A stretch of 64,000 nucleotides of DNA from the NCBI GenBank assembly GCA_963708185.1, contig OY970195.1, forward strand, positions 288,001 to 352,000. The letters are read 5' to 3'. The number at the start of each line of letters is the position of its first letter. Within the stretch, counting starts at the first letter, position 1. This document shows, one piece after another, positions 52,764 to 62,998 of this stretch. A program made the position numbers and the translations under genes. The DNA is from Candidatus Peregrinibacteria bacterium (GTDB lineage Bacteria; Patescibacteriota; Gracilibacteria; UBA1369). Below the pieces are notes generated by a model. That model had not been told where the DNA came from, did not search any database, and was given only the letters and a program-made list of their open reading frames with translations.

Positions 52764-55334
52764 CTATTTTTTCGTGCTGACGAGCTGGGTTTGTTTCTTG
52801 TCCACCTGGCCTTCTTCGGGTTTTTCTTCAACGCCGTCACTTTCTATCACCGTGGTGGAGGCGACTTTATCGTCTCCACTCATTCTCATCAGGTACACGC
52901 CCTGAGTCGTACGGCCCTGAGACGGTATTGATTTGAGATCCATGCGGATGATGACGCCGTGTCTCGAAACGATGATGAGATCGCCTTTGGTGTCTTCATT
53001 GATAACTTTAGCCCCCACGATTTTTCCGGTTTTTGGAGTGATGTGGGCGGTTTTTACGCCCGATCCGCCGCGTGTCTGCAAGCGGTAATCCGTGGTCTTG
53101 GTGCACTTGCCCAGACCGTTTTCCATGATAACGAGAAGTTCGGCTTTCTTGGTGTCTTTGATGACGTCCATATCGACGACTTCGTCGCCTTCGTGGAGAC
53201 GGATGCCGCGTACGCCCATCGAGGCACGGCCGGTCGGATTGACGTCGGATTCGTTGAAGCGGATGGATTTCCCTTCGCGGCTGATGATCATGATTTCGTT
53301 GCCTTCGCTCGTCTGGCGGACCCATTCAAGCATGTCTCCTTCGCGGAGTTTGATGGCGATCAAGCCGCTGCGGCGGACATTCTTGAAATCGGCGATCGGC
53401 GTTTTTTTCACGGTTCCCTTGTTCGTCGTCATGAAGAGGAACTGTCCGGTGAGCTGTTCGCCGGTGCCCAGGATCGACGTGACGTTTTCACCGTCCTGGA
53501 GCTGCAAAAGATTGACCACGGCCTGTCCTTTTGATTGACGCGATCCGAGTGGAATTTCGTAGACCGGCTGGCGGAAGACGCGTCCGTAGTTGGTAAAGAA
53601 GAGGACTTCATCGTGGTTTTTTGCCGGAAGCACGATGCGGATTTCATCTTCTTCCTTGGTGGTGGCCCCGATAATACCTTTCCCTCCGCGATGTTGTGCG
53701 CGGAAAGTCGAAGGCGGCATGCGCTTGATATAGTTTTCCCTGGTCAGCATCACAATCATCGGTTCGTTCGGGATGGTGTCTTTCATGCCGATCTGGCCGA
53801 GGGCTTCGGGATGCACTTCCGTCTTGCGATCGTCACCATAGTTTTTCTTGATTTCGGTAAGTTCATCCTTGATGATCTTCATGACCTTTTTTTCGTCTTT
53901 CAGGATGCCTTCGAGTTCGGCGATGAGTTTGACCTTCTCATTGTATTCATCTTCGATTTTTTTACGTTCAAGTCCGGCGAGCGTCTGGAGTCTCATCTCC
54001 AAAATGGCTTTGGATTGCAGGTCGCTGAGTTTGAACTTTTTCATCAACGCCGCATGAGCGTCTTCCTTTGTCGCGGATTTGCGGATCGTGGCGATGATCT
54101 CGTCGATGTGATCAAGGGCCGTCTTTAAACCTTCGAGGATGTGGAGTCTTTCCTTGGCGATACGAAGTTCAAATTTGGTGCGGTTGGTGACAACTTCCTT
54201 GCGGTGGGCCACAAAATATTCGAGGATCTGTTTCAGATCCAGAAGTCTCGGCTGCAGGCCGTCGACGAGCGCGATCATGTTGAAATTGAACGTGTCCTGC
54301 ATCTGGGTCAGCTTGAAGAGCTGGTTGAGGATTTTTTTCGGATAGGCGTCTTTCTTGAGTTCGATGACGACGCGGATGCCTTCGCGGTTGGATTCATCGC
54401 GGACGTCGCTGATGCCGACGATTTTTTTGTCGCGAACGAGTTCGGCGATCTTGGTGACAAGGTTGGCCTTGTTTACCTGGTAGGGGATTTCGTGAATGAT
54501 GATTTCAAATCTGCCGCTTTTCTTTTCTTCGATGGTGGTTTTCGCTCTCATCACGATTCCGCCGCGTCCGGTGGTGTAGGCCTGCTTGATGGCGTTGACG
54601 TCATAAATCATACCTCCGGTCGGGAAGTCCGGGCCTTTGATGAACTCCATCAGATCTTCAACCGTGGCTTCGGGGGTCTGCATGAGATGCGTAATGCCGT
54701 CGATGAGTTCTCTGAGGTTATGTGGAGGGATAGATGTTGCCATACCTACCGCGATGCCCTGCGATCCGTTGAGGAGCAGCTGGGGGATTTTTGTCGGAAG
54801 AACTTTCGGTTCCTGCAAACGGCCGTCGTAGTTCGGCTGCCAGGGGATGGTCTCTTTTTCAATATCAGCCAGCATTTCTTCAGTGATTTTTTCCATTTTC
54901 GCTTCGGTATAACGCATGGCCGCCGCGCTGTCTCCGTCGATGGAACCGAAGTTTCCCTGGCCTCTCACAAGGGTGTAACGCATCGCGAATTCCTGGGCCA
55001 TGCGGACCATGGATTCATACACCGGTGCGTCGCCGTGGGGGTGGTATTTACCAAGGACTTCACCTACCAGGGTGGCTGATTTTCGGAATGAACCCGTCGA
55101 GCGTAAGCCAATGTCATGCATAGCGAATAAAATACGTCTGTGGACCGGTTTCAGTCCGTCACGGACGTCGGGCAAAGCGCGGGAAACGATCACGCTCATG
55201 GCGTAATCCAAATATGAGCTTTGCATTTCTTCTGAAATATTGCGTAACGTATGATCGCTGAACATTTCTCCTGAGGTTGGAGTCTCATTTTTCTTCGATT
55301 CTTCGTTGGAAGGTGAAGGTTGATTTTCGGCCAT
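52764..55334 (-). CDS. gyrA: DNA gyrase subunit A
   Basis: YLDYAMSVIVSRALPDVRDGLKPVHRR, AAMRYTE and GyrA-box QHRGGKG. Confidence 0.99.
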   Translation of the reverse strand: MAENQPSPSNEESKKNETPTSGEMFSDHTLRNISEEMQSSYLDYAMSVIVSRALPDVRDGLKPVHRRILFAMHDIGLRSTGSFRKSATLVGEVLGKYHPHGDAPVYESMVRMAQEFAMRYTLVRGQGNFGSIDGDSAAAMRYTEAKMEKITEEMLADIEKETIPWQPNYDGRLQEPKVLPTKIPQLLLNGSQGIAVGMATSIPPHNLRELIDGITHLMQTPEATVEDLMEFIKGPDFPTGGMIYDVNAIKQAYTTGRGGIVMRAKTTIEEKKSGRFEIIIHEIPYQVNKANLVTKIAELVRDKKIVGISDVRDESNREGIRVVIELKKDAYPKKILNQLFKLTQMQDTFNFNMIALVDGLQPRLLDLKQILEYFVAHRKEVVTNRTKFELRIAKERLHILEGLKTALDHIDEIIATIRKSATKEDAHAALMKKFKLSDLQSKAILEMRLQTLAGLERKKIEDEYNEKVKLIAELEGILKDEKKVMKIIKDELTEIKKNYGDDRKTEVHPEALGQIGMKDTIPNEPMIVMLTRENYIKRMPPSTFRAQHRGGKGIIGATTKEEDEIRIVLPAKNHDEVLFFTNYGRVFRQPVYEIPLGSRQSKGQAVVNLLQLQDGENVTSILGTGEQLTGQFLFMTTNKGTVKKTPIADFKNVRRSGLIAIKLREGDMLEWVRQTSEGNEIMIISREGKSIRFNESDVNPTGRASMGVRGIRLHEGDEVVDMDVIKDTKKAELLVIMENGLGKCTKTTDYRLQTRGGSGVKTAHITPKTGKIVGAKVINEDTKGDLIIVSRHGVIIRMDLKSIPSQGRTTQGVYLMRMSGDDKVASTTVIESDGVEEKPEEGQVDKKQTQLVSTKK

Positions 55335-55435
55335 AAGAAAAACAAAAATTAGGTTTTTTGGGGTATGCCGAACGGTACTTTATCACAATTTATGGAAAAA
55401 TACAGTATCAAAACGTACTTTTTGCTTTGCTGTTA

Positions 55436-55464
55436 TTGAAGAATGGGCTGTTTTTTGGTATACT
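55436..55464 (+). promoter_or_regulatory. Promoter for the virB4-like gene
   Basis: TTGAAG-17 nt-TATACT with TGn. Confidence 0.6.
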
Positions 55465-55520
55465 ATTAAGAAAATCAAAACAAGGGAAAACTGTGAAGTT
55501 CAAAAACAAAAACTTAAAGC

Positions 55521-58455
55521 ATGGCTGAAGAAAACACACAAAATCAGAACCAGGGACAACAGACACAGACTTCCCAGGCTTCGGCTCCTCAGGCAGGCCA
55601 GTCAAACAGCCAGCCTGCGGGGGATTCTGCCCCGATGCCGGCTTGGTTGAAAAACGTCCAGGGCCTACAAACCCACGAGGAAAAAGGAGCTCCGTTGATT
55701 GATCAGGGTTATGATCCTGTTCACGGTACGTTCTCCGCTGACAAAAACGATCAGCAAACTCAGGCTTCCCAGGCTTCCGGGGAAGCCTCTGAGGGACCAT
55801 CAGAACCGGCTGTTTCGTCTAATCAGATTGTTCCGGAAACCAGCCAGAATGAGGTTGATAAGGCTCTCAAAGGAGACGCGCCTTTACCTTTGTGGCTCAA
55901 GAAAGCAAGTTCCGAACCGCTTTCGGCTCCCGGTGTCGCCGCTGCGAGCGGGGGTTTGCCGGAGGAAACATCCGCTGTTCAAGCGCAGGCACCAGCCCCA
56001 GCACCAACACCAACACCAACACCATTGACTCCGGCACGAGGACCAGCACAAACTCCCTCAGCACCTTCGGCCCCAGCTGCACCTTCCGCAGTTCAGAATC
56101 CAAGTGGTAAACCGGAACAGGCAAATCCCGTCGCCAACGATGAATTTTCAAAACTCCTCGCGTCTTCACAGCAGGGCGAGTCTGCTCCATCGACCCCGGC
56201 TCCGGCGGTTCCGGCAGCTCCTGTTGAGGTCTCGCCTCCAGCCCAGGCTCCTGTTGTTCCAATCTCAACTCCTGCTCCAGCCCAGGCAGCTTCTGCCGTC
56301 CCAACTTCCACTGTTCTCAAAACACCAGTTCAAACCCAACCACAACAGGAACCCGAAAAAAATATTCCTGAAAAAATTCCGGGACTTTTGGAAACGAAGG
56401 TCGTAGAAAAGCAGCCCGCCGTTTCACAGCCAGCTGCAGCATCGGTACAACCATCGGCAGTCAAGGAAACCGCAGCCCAGGAGAAAAAAGCCGAGACACT
56501 TGAGTCTGTGAAGAAAGGGATGTTCTCCTTCCTGGATTTTGGGAAAAAAGCTTTACAGAAAGGCGCCGTCGCGGTACAAGCCGGCAAGGCCGCGGGGAGC
56601 TCCTCCTGCGCCGAAACCTCTTCCCCCGGCTGAAGCCGCCAAAAAAGCCGCCGCTGCAAAAGTGACCGCGGTCGAACGCCAGAAACTCATCGACGCCGAA
56701 AAAGTTTACCAGCAGGGTTTAACCACTATCCGTGACCTGATTTCCCCGTCATCGATGGAGGTCCAGTACGATAAACTTCGCGTGGAGGGTCTCTTTGCCC
56801 AGACGTTTTTTGTCTACTCCTATCCTCGTTATCTCGATACCAACTGGCTTTCTCCGGTTATCAATTTCGACGTGACGATGGATATTTCACAATTCATCTA
56901 TCCGATCGATTCAGCAGCCATCATGGCGGTCCTCAAGAAAAAGGTCGCCCAGATGCAGTCATCGATGCGTATCGCTGAAGAAAAGGGAATCGTCCGTGAT
57001 CCGGCGCTTGAAACCGCACTGGAAGACGCCGAAGAGCTCCGTACCCAGATCCAGCGCGGTCAGGAAAAGTTTTTCCAGTTCGGTCTGTACTTCACCATCT
57101 ATGGGGAGGATGAAAAGAAACTTGAGAAGGTCGCCAAGCAGCTGGAAAGTTTACTCGGCGGAAAACTCATCCTTACAAAGAAATCGGAACTTCAGATGGA
57201 GCACGGTTTCAATTCGACTCTGCCGCTCTGTCTTGATGAACTTGAGGTCAACCGTAACATGAACACTTCTCCGCTTTCTTCCACCTTCCCGTTCAGTTCT
57301 TCGGATCTTACTTCCAACGAAGGTATTTTGTACGGATTGAACCGTCACAACGACAGTTTGATTATTTTTGACCGTTTTTCTTTGGAAAATGCCAACGCCG
57401 TGGTCTTCGCAAAGTCCGGGGCAGGGAAGTCCTACTGCGTAAAACTTGAGATTCTGCGTTCATTGATGTTGGGGACGGACGTCATCGTCATCGACCCTGA
57501 AAATGAGTACGAGGCTTTGGCCCAGACCGTCGGGGGAGCATATCTTCGGGTGTCGTTGACCTCCGATCGACGCATCAATCCTTTCGATCTGCCGGCGCCT
57601 ATGCAGGATGAAGAACTTCAGCCGGGAGATTTGCTTCGTTCCAATATCATCAATCTGCACGGTCTTCTGAAGATCATGCTCGGAGGGACGACCCCTCTTG
57701 AAGAAGGTATTTTGGATAAAGCTCTCAACGATGTTTATGCCGTGAAAGGTATCACGATGGATATCGTCGATCCTTCGCAGATTCCACCTCCGACGATGGA
57801 AGATCTCTATGACATTTTGAATAACATGGAAGGCGGACAGAGTCTTGCCCAGCGTCTGCAGAAATACACCCAGGGTACCTATTCAGGCATCTTCAACAAA
57901 CCGACCAACGTGGATTTGAGTTCCGGTTTGATGGTCTTCAGCATCCGCGATCTTGAAGACGCGCTCCGCCCCACTGCGATGTACATTATTTTGAACTACA
58001 TCTGGAACCGCGTACGCAGCAAGCTCAAGAAACGTCTGCTGGTCATTGATGAAGCCTGGACGATGATGCAGTATGAAGATTCGGCGAAGTTTTTATTCGG
58101 TCTGGTCAAACGCGCCCGTAAATACTATCTGGGCATCACGACGATCACCCAGGACGTGGAAGACTTCGTGAAAAGTCCGTACGGGAAACCGGTCGTCACA
58201 AACTCGTCGATGCAGCTGCTTTTAAAACAGGCTCCGTCTGCAATCGAGGTCCTTACCAAGACCTTCAATCTTACCGAAGGAGAAAAATACATGCTGCTCA
58301 ACAGCGGCGTCGGCCAGGGACTTTTCTTCGCCGGTCTCAAGCACGTGGCCATCCAGATTATCGCTTCCTATACGGAGGATAAGATCGTCACGACCAACCC
58401 TGAAGAGATTCTTAGAGGAAGAACCAATGAGCAGCAGTTCCAGACTTCGGTCTAA
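55521..58455 (+). CDS. virB4: VirB4/TraC-like ATPase with a long low-complexity N-terminal extension; apparent 1-nt frameshift at 56594-56597
   Basis: Walker A FAKSGAGKS, VIDPENEY, RINPFD, Walker B LLVIDEAW, RARKY and TQDVEDF. Removing one G from GGGG joins ORF 55521 to ORF 56539 (about 977 aa). Confidence 0.88.
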
Positions 58456-58470
58456 CCGGAATTCTGTGTA

Positions 58471-60242
58471 TTACATGGCGCTGAGAACCTGCAGGGCTTT
58501 TTGAAGCTGGGTGTCGGTTCCTTTGAGGAGTTGGGTCTGATCAAGTTCAACGTCGACATCGGGAGTGAGTCCCACTCCGTTGATGTCGCGTCCGTTCGGC
58601 GTCAGCCAGTGGGCCACGCTGATTTTGAGCAGCGAATTATCGCTGTAGCTCGTGATTTCCTGGACGCTGCCTTTGCCGAAGGTCGTCACTCCCACGAGTC
58701 TGCCGATCTTCAAATCCTGGAGAGCGCCGGCCATGATTTCAGCGGCTGAGGCCGTATCTCCATTGACGAGAACGACGAGAGGTTTCCCTTTCAGTTCGGC
58801 CGGTCCGTCGGTGTGGTAATCCACGAAAGCACCGTTCTCTTTTCTGGTCGTGAGAACTTTTTTATCGCTTTCAATGAAGTGTCCGAGCATCTGGATGGCG
58901 CTGTCGAGATAGCCGCCCGGATTATCTCTCAAGTCGATGATGTATCCCCGTGGGGATTGTTTGTTCAGTTCGTCGAGGGTACTCGTGAAGTCGGCGGGAC
59001 TCGAATCGGTGAATTCCGTCACGGCGATGTAGGCAAGACCGTCGATCATTTTTCCGCTGACGGAACTCATCGTTATTTTGGCTCTCGTCAGGTCTACTTC
59101 GAGGGTCAGGCCGTTCCTGAGGATGCTTAAATGGACGGTCGTGCCCGCAGCTCCTTTGATCAGATCCACGGCATCGTTGATCGTTAAACTGTCGACGGAC
59201 TGATCGTTGATTTTCTTGATGATATCACCGGTCTGGAGATTCGCTTTTTCCGCCGGTGATCCCGGTAATGTTTTCATAATGACGATGTTGTTGTCGACGA
59301 TATCGATCACCGTTCCGATTCCTTCAAACTCTCCCTGAAGATATTGCTGCAGACCGAGAGCGTCCGACGGTTCTTCGAAAATCGTGTACTGGTCGCCGAG
59401 TTTATCGACCATTCCTTTGATGGCACCATAGAGAAGTTCGGTCTGATCGACATTTTCTTTGTAGTAAAAGTCGGTGTTCACTTTTTTCCAGACATCGAGC
59501 ATGACGCTGAATTCCGGATTGTTGATGAACTGGGCAGTTACCGAGTCGAGATTACCGAGGTCGGTCGTGGGTCGGAAACCCCGACCGAACCGTACGCTCC
59601 CTGGTTTTGGTCGCGGGCGTTCTGCAGTTCATAAATAAGTTCGGCGGCGTCTCCGCGTGTCATAGGATGTTGAGCCCAAAAAAGCTCGGGGTGCTTGAGC
59701 GAGAAGATGCCGTTGATTTTTGCGGCTCTCGCAAGATAGCGGTACCAGGCGTTCGGACTGACGTCCTGGAACACGTCGACGGGGTCAATGTCCGTATAGT
59801 AGGGCGTGGCGATTCCTTCGATGGGGAATGAGATTTTTATCGCATCCACCCTTGTGATGTTGTCATCCGGTCTGAAGGTCGGATCAGTGCCGGTCGCGCT
59901 GATGACGTTAATTTCCAGGGCTTTTTTGATGTAAGGCGCAGTCCAGTTGTCTTGGGGAACGTCGGTGAACGGCGTAGGGTATACGCCGGGAGTTTTGCGG
60001 TATCCGACGTCGTTGAAAGCCATTTTAAGAAATTCACCCCGGGTGACGAGCTTGTCAGGCTTGAACGTTCCATCAGAATATCCGTTGACGATGTTCTGGA
60101 GCTGAAGGGCTTCTATGGCTTTTAGCTGCGGATAGGTTTCGGGAACGTCGCTGAATGAGGCGGCGGCGGCGTTCGGTACCAGAAAAAAAACAAAAGGAAC
60201 CAGGCTTCCCGTGAGGAATACCTTGAGGGATGTTTTGTTCAT
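58471..60242 (-). CDS. SLH-domain S41 (CtpA-like) carboxy-terminal protease; apparent 1-nt frameshift near 59569-59582
   Basis: Signal peptide and SLH repeats (FSDV, GYSDGTFKPD..TRGEF) in ORF 59538-60287; PDZ (FEGIG) and S41 (DLRDNPGG, TASAAEI, GKGSVQ) in ORF 58471-59502, whose frame is open upstream to the junction. Confidence 0.88.
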
Positions 60243-60364
60243 AAAAGATCGTTTTTCACCGAATAAAAGCGCAAAATATGCCTTCAAATTATAGTCCAGC
60301 TCATGGTTAAAAACAATGAACGAATTTGTGGCTTATCCTAGCCTATTTTGCCTCATTCGGGTTG

Positions 60365-60393
60365 TTGACCCGGGGTCTGTTTTCCGGTATAAT
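60365..60393 (+). promoter_or_regulatory. Sigma70-type promoter
   Basis: TTGACC-17 nt-TATAAT. Confidence 0.7.
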
Positions 60394-60414
60394 ATAAAGA
60401 TTAAGATTTTATCT

Positions 60415-62883
60415 ATGAAAAGCCTTAAACAACTCGTCGTCATTGCCGTTGCTTTTCTCGTTTTCCTCGGAACGTTGGGACTGGAAAGTGTCTTTGCCGG
60501 TCCTGTGGAGGCGAAGATGATCGGCCGGCTTACTGTCGTGGTTCCGTCGGGCGAGTCCGTTGATCTGACGCGAGACAATGCAACGCAGACGCTCAGCGGA
60601 GAGGCGGTCCAGGATCTCCAGCAGGGTGATACTCTTGCAGTGAAATCGGGTTCGGATGTTGAGGTCCATTTTTCTGACAGGGGAGTGTTGAGGCTTTCTT
60701 CCAACGCACAACTTGGCGTTGATTTTCTTGATTCGAAACAGGATGAGTATGTCTTGAATCTTAAACAGGGCAGAGTGTGGGAAAATAATCTTTATACCTC
60801 CGCTGTTTTTAATCTTGTCGCCAACGGTGCCTACGTTATTCCAGATTACGCATCCGTCGACGTGAACATCGATGGGCAGAAAACCCTTGTGTACGCCGAT
60901 CGCCACCAGGCGAGCATCGGACTTGTTCCTCTGGATTTTCACGCGACCTCTGCAAAACTGTTTCCGGACGGCGATCTCATCAACAGTTATCTTTTGCCTG
61001 AAGGAAATCAGACAACGGTTTACGCTGATAAAATCACCCAGAACGCCGACACCCTCAAGATACTTTTTTATTCAAAACTGGTGAAGGAGTTTCCATTCGG
61101 TGCCATCGATCCGCAGATGTTGACGAGCGATGCGTGGATCGCCAATAACATAAAACTTGATAAAACCTACGAAAATAAGATCAAGGACCAGACCTCGCAG
61201 GAGATCCGTTCGCGCGGTCTGAAAATTTCGGATCTCAACTCTTTCGGCTACGGTTTTGGTCAATCGCTGGATAGGTTTTATAATTTTTTGACCTTTTCTC
61301 ACAGCAAAGTGATAGCACGCACCAACAGTGATATTTTCGATCATCTCGATGACGCCGAATATCTTCTGCTGTTCGGTCAAACCACAAGAGCCAACGAACG
61401 TCTCGATTATTTCAAGAAAGCACTCGATGCCGCTTTGGCTTCCCAGGATGGTGATTACAAAAATTCAGTGCTGGCAAAACTGCGAAGCGGGTACGATCAA
61501 TTGAGTTATGTTTCCCCCGACGATTATCTGGCGCCGGCGAAAGCCATGGTGACGAATTATCTTCTTGCACAGATCGGCGACAGCGATAATGAAATCCGAC
61601 AGAAGTTCATGCTCGTCAGGAATACGATGAACAGCGTTTACGATCTTGCGGATACCAGTTCGCAGTCTGCTCGTCAGGCACTTGAAGATTACTTCACGGA
61701 GTTTACCCAGTTGGTCAACAAGGAGCAGACGAGACTCAGCGGCATGAGAAATATCATTGCAGAAGAGAACCAGGTCATGAACAATCTGCTTCTCCATTAT
61801 CCGATTTTTTACCGAGACCGTTATTTTGCCATCAAGTATCAGCTTGAACAGCAATGGTTGGCTTTGCTTCCGGAAGGCACCGACAAGAATGAAGAAAAGC
61901 AGACCATCATCAGCCAGAAGATAGATTTCCTGCGTCAGCTCCAGACCTTTTTCCTTGCGGACAAGATTGCCGCCGATGACGCCAAACAGATCGTTTTCCG
62001 TCTGTTCCGCGAGGCGGATGATCTCAAACTTCCTCCCGAGGACCAGGTTGCGGTGAGTGACCTCTACGCCAAGCGCCTCCAGGATTTCGGAGTATTCTAC
62101 CGATATTTAAATTCACCGGAGTATGTTGCGACGACGCTCCACGGATCCTCGCGCAAGACCCAGTTTGACCAGTTCGTCCAGGCTCAACAGGAACAGGTGA
62201 GCATCGAGGAAATCCGTCAGGAAATTTTGGGAAATCAAACGGCTCCCGTCATTACGCCTGATCAGATTCTTGCGCAGGCTCAACAGGATTTTGCTTCGAT
62301 CGGCGCCACCAACGTCGTTTTTGGAGGGCTGAGTGATGTCACTCAGAAAGTCGTTTCGCTCAACAACGCCCTTGTTGGAGGTATCAACATTTCCGCACAG
62401 TACGATTGGGACAAGAAACTTGTTTCACAAATTTACTCGGGTGATACCCTCATTTCAGCCGATGCGGTAAATCTGAGCAATCTTGCGGCGTTGATCAAGG
62501 CGAAAACGCAACAGCCGACTCCGAAACCCGCACCGACTCCGCAACCGAGCCCGACACCGGCTCCTGCGACGTCCGAATCCAAAACCGAACTTGTCGCGAA
62601 AATCCTGATCATCCAGAAGCTTAAAGCGAATAATATCGGTGTCGCTCAGGGCGATCTCGTCATCGATGATCTGTCGAACAGCCTGTTTACCATCCAGAAA
62701 GCGATTCTTGTTTCCGATCAGTCGGTATCGTTCAGTTTTGATGTTGACGGCAAAAACGGTCTTGCGACGAACATCGTCGTTTCAACACAGAGCGGTCCGC
62801 AGCCCATTGACGGCACTTTGAATCTCGCTGACGTTTCGGCCCAGGTGAAATCCGTCTTTGACGCGAACAAGGCGAAACCTTAA
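60415..62883 (+). CDS. Exported FecR-like domain protein (about 822 aa)
   Basis: Signal or TM at ATG 60415; LQQGDTLAV..VEVHFSDRGVLRLSSNAQL..LNLKQGRVW; helical middle and P/T linker. Confidence 0.82.
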   Translation: MKSLKQLVVIAVAFLVFLGTLGLESVFAGPVEAKMIGRLTVVVPSGESVDLTRDNATQTLSGEAVQDLQQGDTLAVKSGSDVEVHFSDRGVLRLSSNAQLGVDFLDSKQDEYVLNLKQGRVWENNLYTSAVFNLVANGAYVIPDYASVDVNIDGQKTLVYADRHQASIGLVPLDFHATSAKLFPDGDLINSYLLPEGNQTTVYADKITQNADTLKILFYSKLVKEFPFGAIDPQMLTSDAWIANNIKLDKTYENKIKDQTSQEIRSRGLKISDLNSFGYGFGQSLDRFYNFLTFSHSKVIARTNSDIFDHLDDAEYLLLFGQTTRANERLDYFKKALDAALASQDGDYKNSVLAKLRSGYDQLSYVSPDDYLAPAKAMVTNYLLAQIGDSDNEIRQKFMLVRNTMNSVYDLADTSSQSARQALEDYFTEFTQLVNKEQTRLSGMRNIIAEENQVMNNLLLHYPIFYRDRYFAIKYQLEQQWLALLPEGTDKNEEKQTIISQKIDFLRQLQTFFLADKIAADDAKQIVFRLFREADDLKLPPEDQVAVSDLYAKRLQDFGVFYRYLNSPEYVATTLHGSSRKTQFDQFVQAQQEQVSIEEIRQEILGNQTAPVITPDQILAQAQQDFASIGATNVVFGGLSDVTQKVVSLNNALVGGINISAQYDWDKKLVSQIYSGDTLISADAVNLSNLAALIKAKTQQPTPKPAPTPQPSPTPAPATSESKTELVAKILIIQKLKANNIGVAQGDLVIDDLSNSLFTIQKAILVSDQSVSFSFDVDGKNGLATNIVVSTQSGPQPIDGTLNLADVSAQVKSVFDANKAKP

Positions 62884-62998
62884 GCTTCAAGGGTTTCTTT
62901 TGCTTTCTTTTTCAATTATGCTATATTCCCAATGGCCTCTTTTTGATATTCACCACGTGATATATTGAAAAACGGCTTCCAGATTCATAATTTTCGCT

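Noticed and set aside
55985-56025. Short tandem repeat (GCACCA/ACACCA)n
   Set aside because: It encodes a Pro-Ala/Pro-Thr linker and is neither a CRISPR array nor a regulatory repeat.
55521-58455. Integrative conjugative element around virB4
   Set aside because: No integrase, relaxase, coupling protein or att repeats are visible, and the flanks are core genes.
59538-60287. Separate SLH-only protein and signal-less S41 protease
   Set aside because: A single base joins them into a coherent signal-SLH-PDZ-S41 protein, and the downstream frame is open through the junction.
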